Below, piece by piece: positions 27,919-37,963 of a DNA stretch of 64,000 nucleotides; the first letter of the stretch is position 1; each line of letters starts with the position of its first letter. The position numbers were made by a program, and so were the translations under genes. The notes beneath the pieces are model-generated. The model saw nothing but the letters and a program-made list of their open reading frames with translations. It made no database searches and was not told the origin of the DNA. Source of the stretch: Fidelibacterota bacterium (GTDB lineage: Bacteria > Fidelibacterota > Marinisomatia > Marinisomatales > Marinisomataceae); NCBI GenBank assembly GCA_965212055.1, contig OZ243041.1, positions 320,001 through 384,000 of the forward strand, in the 5' to 3' direction.

Positions 27919-28875
27919 ATGTATAACAAAATAAAAAACTTTCCAAAACAGATTTCTAATACTATTGATAATACCAAGTCACTTAGTATTGGTTCAGATT
28001 ATGATAAAGTTGTTATTGTAGGGATGGGGGGATCTGCCATTGCTGGATTGATTGTTAAAGACCTTTTACCTCAAGTAAATATTATTGTAGAAAGAAATTA
28101 TATTCCAAATACTGCAATCAATCAGAATACATTAATTATTGTATCATCTTATTCTGGAAACACAGAAGAAACTCTATCATATTATCATTCTGCAAAAGAG
28201 CTTACCAATAATATTTTTGGAATAACATCAGGAGGAGAACTTTTAGAAGCTTTAAAAAATGATAACAAGGATTACTATATTCTCCCAGAGGGATATCCTC
28301 CAAGATCTGCAACAGGTTATACGCTAACAGTTCTAATTAGATTACTAGATAGTAGCTTACTTAAAGATATTAATGTTGATTTACTTCAGAATTATTCCGA
28401 TCAATTATCTTTGGAGGAGAGCACAGCACATATCTTAGCAAAAAAAATATATTCTACCATTCCAATTATTGTGACAGAAGAAAACACAACATCTATTGGT
28501 TTTAGACTGAAGTCGCAGTTGAATGAAAATAGTAAAATGTTATCTTATAATATTACACTTCCAGAAATGAATCATAATGAAATTGTAGGATGGCAGGGTA
28601 AAGAAATTGACAAAAATGCACTTTCTTTAGTTTGGATTGATATTAGATATAATAAAAATGTTAAAAGAATGAACATTACAAACAATATTTTAAAAGATAG
28701 AGTTGTTTCTAGTCATCATATTGATGTTCCATCAGAAATAGCCTCCCATCATCTTGCTTCGTGTCTCTATTTAGTTAATTATGTTGATTGGTTAAGTTGT
28801 TGGTGTGCCAATCTTCATGATGTGGATATTATGAATATTGATAATATTGATACTTTAAAAAAATCTATGGCTTAG
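27919..28875 (+). CDS. Bifunctional phosphoglucose/phosphomannose isomerase (SIS, archaeal-type)
   Basis: [43 protein letters not shown]. Confidence 0.9.
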   Translation: MYNKIKNFPKQISNTIDNTKSLSIGSDYDKVVIVGMGGSAIAGLIVKDLLPQVNIIVERNYIPNTAINQNTLIIVSSYSGNTEETLSYYHSAKELTNNIFGITSGGELLEALKNDNKDYYILPEGYPPRSATGYTLTVLIRLLDSSLLKDINVDLLQNYSDQLSLEESTAHILAKKIYSTIPIIVTEENTTSIGFRLKSQLNENSKMLSYNITLPEMNHNEIVGWQGKEIDKNALSLVWIDIRYNKNVKRMNITNNILKDRVVSSHHIDVPSEIASHHLASCLYLVNYVDWLSCWCANLHDVDIMNIDNIDTLKKSMA

Positions 28876-30114
28876 AATTTTTTGAATACCAATACTGAAT
28901 TATGACCACCAAACCCAAAAGAATTACTCATCGCAATATTAATGTCTTTTTTCACATGCTTATTTGGGACATAGTTTAAATCACATTGGGACATAGTTTA
29001 AATCACATTCAGGATCAGGAGTGTTATAATTGATGGTAGGAGGGATAATTCCTTGATTTAATGCATGAATACATGCGATTGCCTCAATAGCGCCCGCAGC
29101 ACCCAACAAATGACCTGTCATCGATTTTGTTGAGCTGACTAGTAATTGTTCTGCATGATTTCCAAATGCTTGTTTAATTGCTTGAGTTTCTAACATATCA
29201 TTATAATATGTGGAAGTACCGTGAGCATTAATATAGTCGATATCAGCAGGATTAAGATTGCTATTTTCTAACGCAAGATTAATTGCTTTTGTTGCGCTTT
29301 TGCTATCATTATCTGGCTGGGTAACATGATAGGCGTCATTTGTACATCCGTATCCTACAATTTCACCTAAAATAGTTGCGTTTCTTTTTTCTGCATGCTC
29401 TAAAGATTCCAATACTAAGATTCCTGCACCTTCAGATAGTATAAATCCATCTCTATTTTTATCAAATGGTTTAGATGCCTCAGTTGGATTATCATTGTGT
29501 GTAGACAAAGCTTTCATATTAGCAAACCCTGAAAGAGTTAATGGAGTAATTCCCGCTTCACATCCACCAGAAATGACTACATTGGTCTGTCCAGATTGAA
29601 TAAGTTGATATGCCATCCCAATGGCATCGGTTGCTGATGAACATGCAGTGGTAACTGCATAATTTGGTCCATGAAATCCATATTTTATAGCAATTTGACT
29701 TCCAGCAATATTGGCTATCATTTTTGGAATAAATTGTGGTGATACACCACGTTGTCCTCGATTCTCAACTCTTGAATGTTGTTCTTCAAGGGTATGCATA
29801 CCACCAATGCCAACACCAAGAATTACACCAGCTTCTGAAGAATCAATTCCTGATTGTTTGATTGCTTCTTCAGCTGCAACGAGTGCAAACATAGTATACC
29901 GATCAAGCTTTCTTTCTTGTTTACGGTCAAAAAATTCAGAAGGATTAAAATCAGAAATTTCTCCAGCAATTTTTACACTTAAATTTTCTGTATCAAATTG
30001 TTTTATTAATCTGATTCCAGATACGCCACCAATTAAATTATCCCACAAGGATTGTGATGAAAGACCTAACGGAGAAATGCTACCTTCCCCAGTAATGACA
30101 ACTCTATTTTCCAA
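28872..30114 (-). CDS. fabF: 3-oxoacyl-ACP synthase II, frameshifted near the 3' end by a 22-bp tandem duplication
   Basis: [24 protein letters not shown]; the true C-terminus [34 protein letters not shown] continues to 28872 beyond the duplication. Confidence 0.93.
28964..29007. repeat. Perfect 22-bp tandem duplication inside fabF
   Basis: TTGGGACATAGTTTAAATCACA at 28964-28985 and 28986-29007. Confidence 0.95.
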
Positions 30115-30116
30115 GA

Positions 30117-30350
30117 TTAGCTAGTGTGTTTATCGATATAGTCTAGTGCTGCACCGACAGTAGTAATTGTTTCTGCATCTTCATCAGGAATTTCTATATC
30201 GAATTCTTCTTCAAATTCCATAATTAATTCGACGATATCTAGTGAATCTGCACCTAAGTCATCAAGAAAATTTGCTTCAGGTACAACTCTTGATTCCTCA
30301 ACGCCTAACTTATCAACAACTATATTTTTTACTTTATCATTTGATGACAT
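30117..30350 (-). CDS. acpP: Acyl carrier protein
   Basis: [20 protein letters not shown]. Confidence 0.97.
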   Translation of the reverse strand: MSSNDKVKNIVVDKLGVEESRVVPEANFLDDLGADSLDIVELIMEFEEEFDIEIPDEDAETITTVGAALDYIDKHTS

Positions 30351-30364
30351 ATTCTAACTCCTAA

Positions 30365-31096
30365 TTAGTTTAATGACATTCCACCATCAATGTAAAATGT
30401 TTGACCAGTAATATAACTCGCTTCATCAGAACATAAAAACAAAATCATTTTGCTAATATCTTCTGGTTTTCCAAATTTTTTTAATGGAATTCTTTGCAAA
30501 TAGCCTTTTTTTACTGTATCGCTCAAGTCAGAGATCATATCAGTCTCAATAATTCCTGGAGCGATACAATTTACAGTTATATTGCGTTTTCCTACTTCTT
30601 TTGCAAGGGATTTTGTAAATGCTAATAATCCACCTTTAGAAGCAGAATAATTGCTTTGTCCTTTATTGCCATCAGTTCCTGAAATAGACGATATATTAAT
30701 TATCCTACCTTTTTTATTTTTTACCATATTTTTCAATAATATTTTTGTTAAATAAAAAGGTCCATTTAGGTTTACATCTAATACTTTTTTCCATTCTTCT
30801 GTTTGCATTCTTAAAAGAATGTTATCCATATGAATTCCAGCATTATTAACTAAGATATCAATATTGCTAGAATGTTCTTTTACAAAAGTATATAAATCCT
30901 CAATAGATTTTTCATCTGATATATCACAGCAAAAAGGAATGATATTTTTTATGTCTCTAATTGTATCTAACGATTTTTCAGAAGTTGCAACACCGATTAC
31001 TTGCATTCCATTGTCTGCTAAAGTTGTTGCAATTTCCTTTCCAATACCTCTGGATGCTCCTGTTACAACAGCAGTTTTATTTGAATATTTAAACAT
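30365..31096 (-). CDS. fabG: 3-oxoacyl-ACP reductase
   Basis: TGASRGIG, NNAG, YSASK; position in the fab cluster. Confidence 0.93.
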   Translation of the reverse strand: MFKYSNKTAVVTGASRGIGKEIATTLADNGMQVIGVATSEKSLDTIRDIKNIIPFCCDISDEKSIEDLYTFVKEHSSNIDILVNNAGIHMDNILLRMQTEEWKKVLDVNLNGPFYLTKILLKNMVKNKKGRIINISSISGTDGNKGQSNYSASKGGLLAFTKSLAKEVGKRNITVNCIAPGIIETDMISDLSDTVKKGYLQRIPLKKFGKPEDISKMILFLCSDEASYITGQTFYIDGGMSLN

Positions 31097-31997
31097 TTAA
31101 TAATTGTTTAGTATCATTATAAGAATTAAAACTAGAGATATGAAATGATTCATTTATTTTTTTTATTAATCCAGTTAAAACTTTTTTTGGGCCTATCTCA
31201 ATGAAATTATTATTAATGTTTCCAAGTTGTTTAACACTTTCAAGCCAGAGTACCGTATTATCAATCTGTTCAATTAAAGCATGTTTTATTTCATCAGTAT
31301 TTGTTTTGTCTTTTGCATCATAATTTGAAACAATAGGGCAGTGAGGAGTTTGGAATATTTTTTCTGCAATAATATCTCTTAATTTTGGTTTTGCTTCGGA
31401 CATCAATTTTGAATGGAATGCACCACTCACATTTAATGGAATAATGCGTTTTGCTCCTAAAGACTTTAATTCATTAGAAATTTCTTCAACGGATACATCT
31501 GATCCAGAAATAACAATTTGTTGATCAGAATTAATGTTAGCAACTTGTGTATCACTATTATTGCATATTTGAGAGATTGTTTCTTTACTAAGACCCATTA
31601 CTGCACTCATTTTACCTTTATTATTGGTTTCGCATTGATGCATTGCTTGTGCACGTGTTTTGACAATTTCTAATCCATCTTCGAAACTATATGTTCCATT
31701 TGCATATAACGCTGAAAATTCACCTAAACTATGTCCAGCAACTGCAACAGGGTTGTATTTACTCTCTCTTATAATATCAAATAAAATACATGAATGAATA
31801 TAAATTGCTACTTGGGCATTAATTGTTTTTTTTAAAACAGGTTCATTATCATCAAACATAATTTGAGATATTTTATAACCCAACACTGAATCAGCTAAAT
31901 CAATTTTTGATTTTGCTATTGAAGAGTGTTTATAGAGATTTATTCCCATGCCAGGACGGTGTGAACCTTGTCCTGAAAAGATAAAACAACAATCCAT
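31089..31997 (-). CDS. fabD: Malonyl-CoA:ACP transacylase
   Basis: FSGQGS, GHSLGE, LNVSGAFHS, EIGP. Confidence 0.95.
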   Translation of the reverse strand: MDCCFIFSGQGSHRPGMGINLYKHSSIAKSKIDLADSVLGYKISQIMFDDNEPVLKKTINAQVAIYIHSCILFDIIRESKYNPVAVAGHSLGEFSALYANGTYSFEDGLEIVKTRAQAMHQCETNNKGKMSAVMGLSKETISQICNNSDTQVANINSDQQIVISGSDVSVEEISNELKSLGAKRIIPLNVSGAFHSKLMSEAKPKLRDIIAEKIFQTPHCPIVSNYDAKDKTNTDEIKHALIEQIDNTVLWLESVKQLGNINNNFIEIGPKKVLTGLIKKINESFHISSFNSYNDTKQLLNV

Positions 31998-32173
31998 TAT
32001 TCTTGATCGACAGGTTTTCCTTTATAATAAAGAATTCCGTCATGATAGTATGCATGATGAGGCAAGTGTTCTTCACCTGTATTCTTACACTTGACAGTAC
32101 GTACTAGTGAAGATTTATAATGAGTTCTTCTCTTTTTTGACCTCGTTTTTGATTGTCTCTTTTTTGGTAACAT
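31997..32173 (-). CDS. rpmF: 50S ribosomal protein L32, zinc-free type (58 aa; not in the ORF track)
   Basis: Manual translation MLPKKRQSKTRSKKRRTHYKSSLVRTVKCKNTGEEHLPHHAYYHDGILYYKGKPVDQE; stop overlaps the fabD start. Confidence 0.93.
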   Translation of the reverse strand: MLPKKRQSKTRSKKRRTHYKSSLVRTVKCKNTGEEHLPHHAYYHDGILYYKGKPVDQE

Positions 32174-32229
32174 TTTTTTCCTTAATCAGCGCCAATATAA
32201 ACAAATAAATGTTTGAATTAAAATAATTT

Positions 32230-32607
32230 TTATAATTCTACTTGATTAATCCAACAGTCATATCCTAATTTTTCTTTAATGATATTTGCTGTCTTAGAAG
32301 CATCTTCTCTAGAAGAGAAGTTTCCATAACGAATTCTATATCTTGCATCCGGATTGGTATCATTTTTTTGGATAAATGCATCAAAGCCAATTTCATTGAG
32401 TTTCTTAACTACATCAATCGCTTCAGGAAAATTTTTTCTTGCAGCAACTTGTATAATGAAATATATATTATCATCTTTATCTACTATATTTGATTCTACA
32501 TTTTGAGGTGTCTTATCTTCTTCTAAAGTAATATCAAGCCATGCATCGCTAGATTCTTGTGCATAGCATATAGTTATCAGAAGTAGTAATGTAATATATT
32601 TAGTCAT
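32230..32607 (-). CDS. Exported SPOR-domain protein
   Basis: Signal peptide; IQVAA...YRIRYGNFSSREDA SPOR pattern. Confidence 0.85.
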   Translation of the reverse strand: MTKYITLLLLITICYAQESSDAWLDITLEEDKTPQNVESNIVDKDDNIYFIIQVAARKNFPEAIDVVKKLNEIGFDAFIQKNDTNPDARYRIRYGNFSSREDASKTANIIKEKLGYDCWINQVEL

Positions 32608-33001
32608 TGAAGAAGAAGTTGATTTCTTTTATTGCGTTTTCATTGCTATCTGAACCATGCGTAGCATTCATAGATACATCTGTTCCATATTTATTTCTTA
32701 TAGTTCCAATCTCAGCTTTTTGTGAATCTGTTGCGCCCATAAGCTTTCGCCATTCTTCTACAGCATTTTCTTTCTCTAATATCATAACATGACATTCATA
32801 TGATGTCATAAACTCTACTAATTCATCAAAAAATGGTTTTTCTTTATGAATATCGTAAAAAGAACATGCCTGTTTATCTGTAAGCAACAATGTTTTTTCT
32901 TTCAGAATGCTAAATCCATTGTCTATAATATCTTCTTTGATATTATTCATATTATCTTTTTTCATTGCGTCTGGTTTTATAATTGCTAGTGTTTGATTCA
33001 T
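32600..33001 (-). CDS. ndk: Nucleoside diphosphate kinase
   Basis: TLAIIKPDA, GTIR, NATHGSDS. Confidence 0.97.
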   Translation of the reverse strand: MNQTLAIIKPDAMKKDNMNNIKEDIIDNGFSILKEKTLLLTDKQACSFYDIHKEKPFFDELVEFMTSYECHVMILEKENAVEEWRKLMGATDSQKAEIGTIRNKYGTDVSMNATHGSDSNENAIKEINFFFND

Positions 33002-33004
33002 TTA

Positions 33005-33880
33005 TTATCCTATTATTCTTTTCATAGTACTTCCAATTTCCGACACGGTATTCGAAATTGTAACCCCACATTCTTTTAATATGTTAATTTTTGCTTCAGC
33101 AGTTTCTGATCCCTCTGATATGATAGCACCTGCGTGACCCATTCTTTTTCCCTTTGGAGCTGTTTGACCAGCAATAAAGGAAACAACAGGTTTATTCATG
33201 TTATCTTTTATCCATTTTGCAGCTTCATTTTCCATATTACCACCTATTTCTCCAATCATAACAATTCCTTTTGTTTCTTCATCTGCATCAAAGTGTTTTA
33301 GAATATCAATCATGCTTGAACCAATTACTGAATCACCACCAATTCCTACTGCTGTTGTTAGTCCAAGTCCTATATTAACAACTTGGTCGATAGCTTCATA
33401 TGTTAATGTTCCAGATCGGGATAAAATTCCTATGGATCCTTTTTTACAAATAAAACCAGGAGTAATACCAATTTTTGATTCTTCTGCAGTAATAATACCT
33501 GGACAATTTGGTCCTATTAGTATACTAGAAGATTTATTAAGCATATTTTTTACCTGAATCATATCTCTAACAGGTATCCCTTCAGAAATGCATACTATTA
33601 ATTTGATATTTTGTTCAATGGCTTCAATTATTGCAGCTGCTGCAAATTTTGGAGGAACAAAAATAGTAGTAGCATGAATATCAAATTGTTTTTTTGCATC
33701 TTTAATTGAGTTAAAAACAGGTAATTGATTATTTGTAACTACTTGTCCACCTTTTCCTGGAGTAACTCCACACAATACTTTCGCATTATAGTTAAGCATT
33801 TGTTCAGTATGAAAGAGACCTTCAGATCCAGTAATTCCTTGTACCAAAATATTTGTATTCTTATCTAAAAGTATTGACAT
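33005..33880 (-). CDS. sucD: Succinyl-CoA synthetase alpha subunit
   Basis: QGITG, IGPNCPG, SRSGTLTYE, RMGHAGA. Confidence 0.97.
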   Translation of the reverse strand: MSILLDKNTNILVQGITGSEGLFHTEQMLNYNAKVLCGVTPGKGGQVVTNNQLPVFNSIKDAKKQFDIHATTIFVPPKFAAAAIIEAIEQNIKLIVCISEGIPVRDMIQVKNMLNKSSSILIGPNCPGIITAEESKIGITPGFICKKGSIGILSRSGTLTYEAIDQVVNIGLGLTTAVGIGGDSVIGSSMIDILKHFDADEETKGIVMIGEIGGNMENEAAKWIKDNMNKPVVSFIAGQTAPKGKRMGHAGAIISEGSETAEAKINILKECGVTISNTVSEIGSTMKRIIG

Positions 33881-35046
33881 TACACTGCCTCCACTGCTTT
33901 TTTAGCAGCTTCGTTTATTGTTTCAGCACTAATTATATTAATACCAGAATCATCAAGTATTTTTTTAGCCAAATCAGCATTTGTTCCTTGAAGTCTTACA
34001 ACAACGGAAGCATCCAAATCTAATTCTTTAACAGCCTGAATGACTCCATTTGCAACTCTATCACATCGTACAATTCCACCAAAGATATTAATTAGAATCG
34101 ATTTTACATTACGATCAGATAGAATAATCTTAAATCCATTTTTAATAGTCTCTACATTAGCAGCACCACCAACATCTAAGAAATTTGCTGGTTCACCTCC
34201 ATAATGTTTTATTATATCCATAGTTGCCATAGCTAATCCGGCACCATTAACCATACATCCTACATTGCCATCAAGTTTAATATAATTTAGTCCATATTCA
34301 GACGCTTTCAGTTCTAGTGGATTTTCTTCTGATTTATCTCGATATGATTTGATTTCAGGATGTCTAAAAAGAGCATTAGAGTCAATATTTACTTTAGCAT
34401 CCAGTGCAATAACATCATCATCTGTAGTAATAACAAGTGGATTAATTTCTAACAAAGAACAATCTGATTCATAATAACATCTATATAGTTTTCTAAAGAT
34501 GTCTTCAATTTGATTTTGATACTTTTCTAATGAAAGTTTTGAAATAATCTCATTAATTCCATTTAAAAGAGAATTTTCTGAGTCATTAATCCAAGCTTTA
34601 ATAATTTTTTCTGGTGAATTGTTGGCAACTTCTTCAATATCAACACCGCCTTCATCTGATACAATCAATACATCACAATTTTTTGAACGATCAAATGTGA
34701 TAGCAAAATAATACTCTTTTTTAATATCCAGAGCTTCAGTAATAAGTATTTTATTTACTTTTTTACCTTCAGGACCGGTTTGATGTGTAATGAGATTCAT
34801 TCCTAAAATACTATTAGCTGCATTTTGAGCATCTTCATAAGTTGCACAATATTTTACTCCACCACCTTTGCCTCTTCCTCCAGCATGAACTTGTGCTTTA
34901 ACAATTACTGCTTCAGTGTCAAAGTTTTCTTGAACTCTTTTGATAGTAGAATTGATATCTGCTTTATCATTTAGAGGGTGACCTCTTTGAATCGGAATAT
35001 CAAATTTTTCTAAAATTTCTTTTGCTTGATATTCATGAATCTTCAT
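33880..35046 (-). CDS. sucC: Succinyl-CoA synthetase beta subunit
   Basis: MKIHEYQAK, KAQVHAGGRGK, GCMVNGAGLAM, NIFGGIVRCD. Confidence 0.97.
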   Translation of the reverse strand: MKIHEYQAKEILEKFDIPIQRGHPLNDKADINSTIKRVQENFDTEAVIVKAQVHAGGRGKGGGVKYCATYEDAQNAANSILGMNLITHQTGPEGKKVNKILITEALDIKKEYYFAITFDRSKNCDVLIVSDEGGVDIEEVANNSPEKIIKAWINDSENSLLNGINEIISKLSLEKYQNQIEDIFRKLYRCYYESDCSLLEINPLVITTDDDVIALDAKVNIDSNALFRHPEIKSYRDKSEENPLELKASEYGLNYIKLDGNVGCMVNGAGLAMATMDIIKHYGGEPANFLDVGGAANVETIKNGFKIILSDRNVKSILINIFGGIVRCDRVANGVIQAVKELDLDASVVVRLQGTNADLAKKILDDSGINIISAETINEAAKKAVEAV

Positions 35047-36664
35047 GTTCGTCCATGAATGGGTACTGATATTTTACTGGAGGTTCAAACGTTTCTTTGA
35101 TAGTCCTTGGTGAAGTCCATCTTAATAGATTTAGCATTGATCCGGCTTTGTCATTTGTGCCAGATGCTCTGCTTCCTCCAAATGGTTGTTGACCAACAAC
35201 TGCACCTGTTGGTTTGTCATTTATATAGAAATTGCCAGCTGCAAATCTCAGTGTTGATTTTACCTCTTCAGCAATAGCTTTGTCTTCTGAGAAAACACAT
35301 CCCGTTAATGCGTAAGGGGAAGTATTATCAATAAGATCTAATGTTTCTGACCATTTATTATTGTCGTAAACATAAATTGTAAGCACCGGTCCAAAAATTT
35401 CTTCTTCTAAAGTTTTAAAGTGAGGATTCGTTGTTACAATAACAGTAGGTTGAATGAAATATCCTTTTGATTTATCATATGTACCTCCACATAAAACATC
35501 ACAATCATCTGCATCATTAGCAAAATCAACATAAGAAGCAATCTTATCAAAAGCATTTTCATCGATTACAGCATTAACAAAGTTTTTTAAATCTTCAGGT
35601 GGTCCAACGTTGATGGTTGCAACTTCTGTGACTAGTTTTTCTTTAATTTCATCCCATTGATTTTTAGGAAGATAAGCCCTAGACATTGCTGAACATTTTT
35701 GTCCTTGATACTCAAATGCTCCTCGAATCATTCCAGTTACTAAAGCATCAATATTTGCAGATTCATGTGCTATACAAAAATCTTTTCCACCTGTTTCACC
35801 AACAAGTTTAGGGTAGTTCTTATAATTCTCGATATTATCAGATACTGTTTTCCATATTGATCTAAATGTTTCTGTAGATCCGGTAAAATGAATACCAGCC
35901 AAGTCTCTATGATTTAAAACTTCGTTTCCAATTTCTGCTCCAGATCCTGGAAGAAAATTAATAACTCCATCAGGAAGTCCAGCTTCTTTATAAAGTTTCA
36001 TAATATAATAAGATGAATAAATAGCACTACTTGCTGGTTTCCATATTGCTGTATTCCCAAGTAAAGCAGGTGCAGCGGCAAGATTTCCACCAATACTAAA
36101 GAAATTAAATGGAGCTATTGCAAATACAAATCCTTCAAGAGGTCTAAATTCTAATGAATTATCCATTTCAGGAGGGGAGAATGGTTGAAAAACTCCATGC
36201 ATTTTATGAGCATATTCTATGTTGAAATTTAAAAAATCAATTAATTCGCATGATGCATCAACTTCTGCTTGAAAAATACTTTTTCCAATATCTAACATTG
36301 CTGCTGCATTGATTTTATATCTATAAGGTCCGGCTATTAAATCTGCAACTTTTCTGAAAATTGATGCTCTGTATTCTAGGGATGTAGTAGACCATGATTT
36401 CCAAGCTTCCATTGATGACTCAATAGTCATTTTTATTTCTTTCTCACCAGCTTGATGGCTTTGACCAAGGATATGATTATGATCATGTGGTTTGACACAT
36501 TTCTTTGTATTTCCTGTAAAGTGTTCTTTTCCATGAATAATAACAGGAATCTCAACTTGTCTACTTGATTGTCGTTCTAATTCTTTTAATAGCTCTTCTC
36601 TATGCTTTGAACCTGGTTCAAAATCGAGTATTGGTTCATTAATTGCTTTAAAATTTTTGTCCAT
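35033..36664 (-). CDS. pruA: L-glutamate gamma-semialdehyde (P5C) dehydrogenase
   Basis: RPLEGFV, GETGGKDF, AFEYQGQKCSA, NFYINDKPTGAVVGQQPFGG. Confidence 0.94.
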   Translation of the reverse strand: MDKNFKAINEPILDFEPGSKHREELLKELERQSSRQVEIPVIIHGKEHFTGNTKKCVKPHDHNHILGQSHQAGEKEIKMTIESSMEAWKSWSTTSLEYRASIFRKVADLIAGPYRYKINAAAMLDIGKSIFQAEVDASCELIDFLNFNIEYAHKMHGVFQPFSPPEMDNSLEFRPLEGFVFAIAPFNFFSIGGNLAAAPALLGNTAIWKPASSAIYSSYYIMKLYKEAGLPDGVINFLPGSGAEIGNEVLNHRDLAGIHFTGSTETFRSIWKTVSDNIENYKNYPKLVGETGGKDFCIAHESANIDALVTGMIRGAFEYQGQKCSAMSRAYLPKNQWDEIKEKLVTEVATINVGPPEDLKNFVNAVIDENAFDKIASYVDFANDADDCDVLCGGTYDKSKGYFIQPTVIVTTNPHFKTLEEEIFGPVLTIYVYDNNKWSETLDLIDNTSPYALTGCVFSEDKAIAEEVKSTLRFAAGNFYINDKPTGAVVGQQPFGGSRASGTNDKAGSMLNLLRWTSPRTIKETFEPPVKYQYPFMDEHEDS

Positions 36665-36693
36665 AATTTTCCTTATTATTTTTTCCTTTGTTT

Positions 36694-37674
36694 TTAGTGC
36701 CTAATATTAGATAAAATATCTTTCATTTCAGAATAATTCTTTACTAAAACCAATCTTTTTCGCAATGCCGATGCATCTTTAAATCCTTTAAAGTACCAAC
36801 CAAAATGTTTTCGCATATTATTTGTTCCAATGACTTCACCATGAGTTTGTACAAGTAAATCTAAATGTTTTTGACAGACTTCGAACCTTTCTTTCATGCT
36901 AATATTTTTTGGATCTTCATTATTCATATATTTTTTTATTTCAGTAAAAAACCAAGGATTACCAAGCGCAGCTCTACCAATCATAATACCATCGCAATTT
37001 GTAGTTTTGAACATTCTTTTTATATCATCAATGCTACTTACATCACCATTTCCAATGACTGGAATATCAACATTTTCTTTTAATTCTTTTATCAAATCCC
37101 AGTTTGCTTTTGATTTATACATTTGAACCGTAGTTCTTGGGTGTAATGTAATAGCTTTAACTCCAATTTTTTCAAGTTTAATGCCAGCTTCTGTACTAAC
37201 TATTTTTTCTGCATTCCATCCAGCTCTCATTTTAACAGTTACTGGAATTTTTGGAACAGATTCTACGACTGCTTGAGTAATATCTTCCATAAGACATAAA
37301 TCTTTTAATGCAGCAGACCCAGCTCCTTTCTTAGTTACTTTAGGTACTGGACATCCATAATTAATATCAATAAGATTTGGTTTAAATTTTTCATAGACAA
37401 CTTTGGCTGCATCTCTCATTACTTCAGGACTATCACCAAATATTTGAATTCCAATCGGTCTTTCGAAATCGGAAAACTGAATCATTTTGAGAGTTTTCTC
37501 GTTTTTTCTAATAATGCCATGTGCAGAGACAAATTCTGAATATACTATGCCAGCACCGAATTCTTTTGCTATTACTCTAAAAGCATAATCTGTCACTCCA
37601 GCCATAGGAGCTAAGAAGAAAGGGAAGTCTATATTAATATTTCCAATTTGTAATTTTTTTTTGAAATGAGTCAT
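36694..37674 (-). CDS. dusB: tRNA-dihydrouridine synthase DusB
   Basis: LAPMAGVTD, DINYGCP, VKMR, GNGD, MIGRAALGNPW. Confidence 0.93.
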   Translation of the reverse strand: MTHFKKKLQIGNINIDFPFFLAPMAGVTDYAFRVIAKEFGAGIVYSEFVSAHGIIRKNEKTLKMIQFSDFERPIGIQIFGDSPEVMRDAAKVVYEKFKPNLIDINYGCPVPKVTKKGAGSAALKDLCLMEDITQAVVESVPKIPVTVKMRAGWNAEKIVSTEAGIKLEKIGVKAITLHPRTTVQMYKSKANWDLIKELKENVDIPVIGNGDVSSIDDIKRMFKTTNCDGIMIGRAALGNPWFFTEIKKYMNNEDPKNISMKERFEVCQKHLDLLVQTHGEVIGTNNMRKHFGWYFKGFKDASALRKRLVLVKNYSEMKDILSNIRH

Positions 37675-37726
37675 AAATGATTTATATTTCCAAACCTTAT
37701 AAAATTAAACAAAAAAAGGTTAAAAA

Positions 37727-37963
37727 ATGTCAAGAGTTTGTGAAGTTACAGGTAAGAAAGTTATGCATGGTAACAATGTTAGCCATGCTCATAACAAAAC
37801 TCGTAGAAAATTCGATGTTAATCTTCAAAAGAAGAGGTTTTGGGTTGATAGCTTAAACAAGTCTATTACTTTAAGAGTATCTGCAAAGGGACTAAGAATT
37901 ATTGATAAAAAAGGTATTGATGTTGTGATTCGAGATTTAGTGTCTCAAGGAAGAAAATTCTAA
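37727..37963 (+). CDS. rpmB: 50S ribosomal protein L28
   Basis: [23 protein letters not shown]. Confidence 0.97.
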   Translation: MSRVCEVTGKKVMHGNNVSHAHNKTRRKFDVNLQKKRFWVDSLNKSITLRVSAKGLRIIDKKGIDVVIRDLVSQGRKF

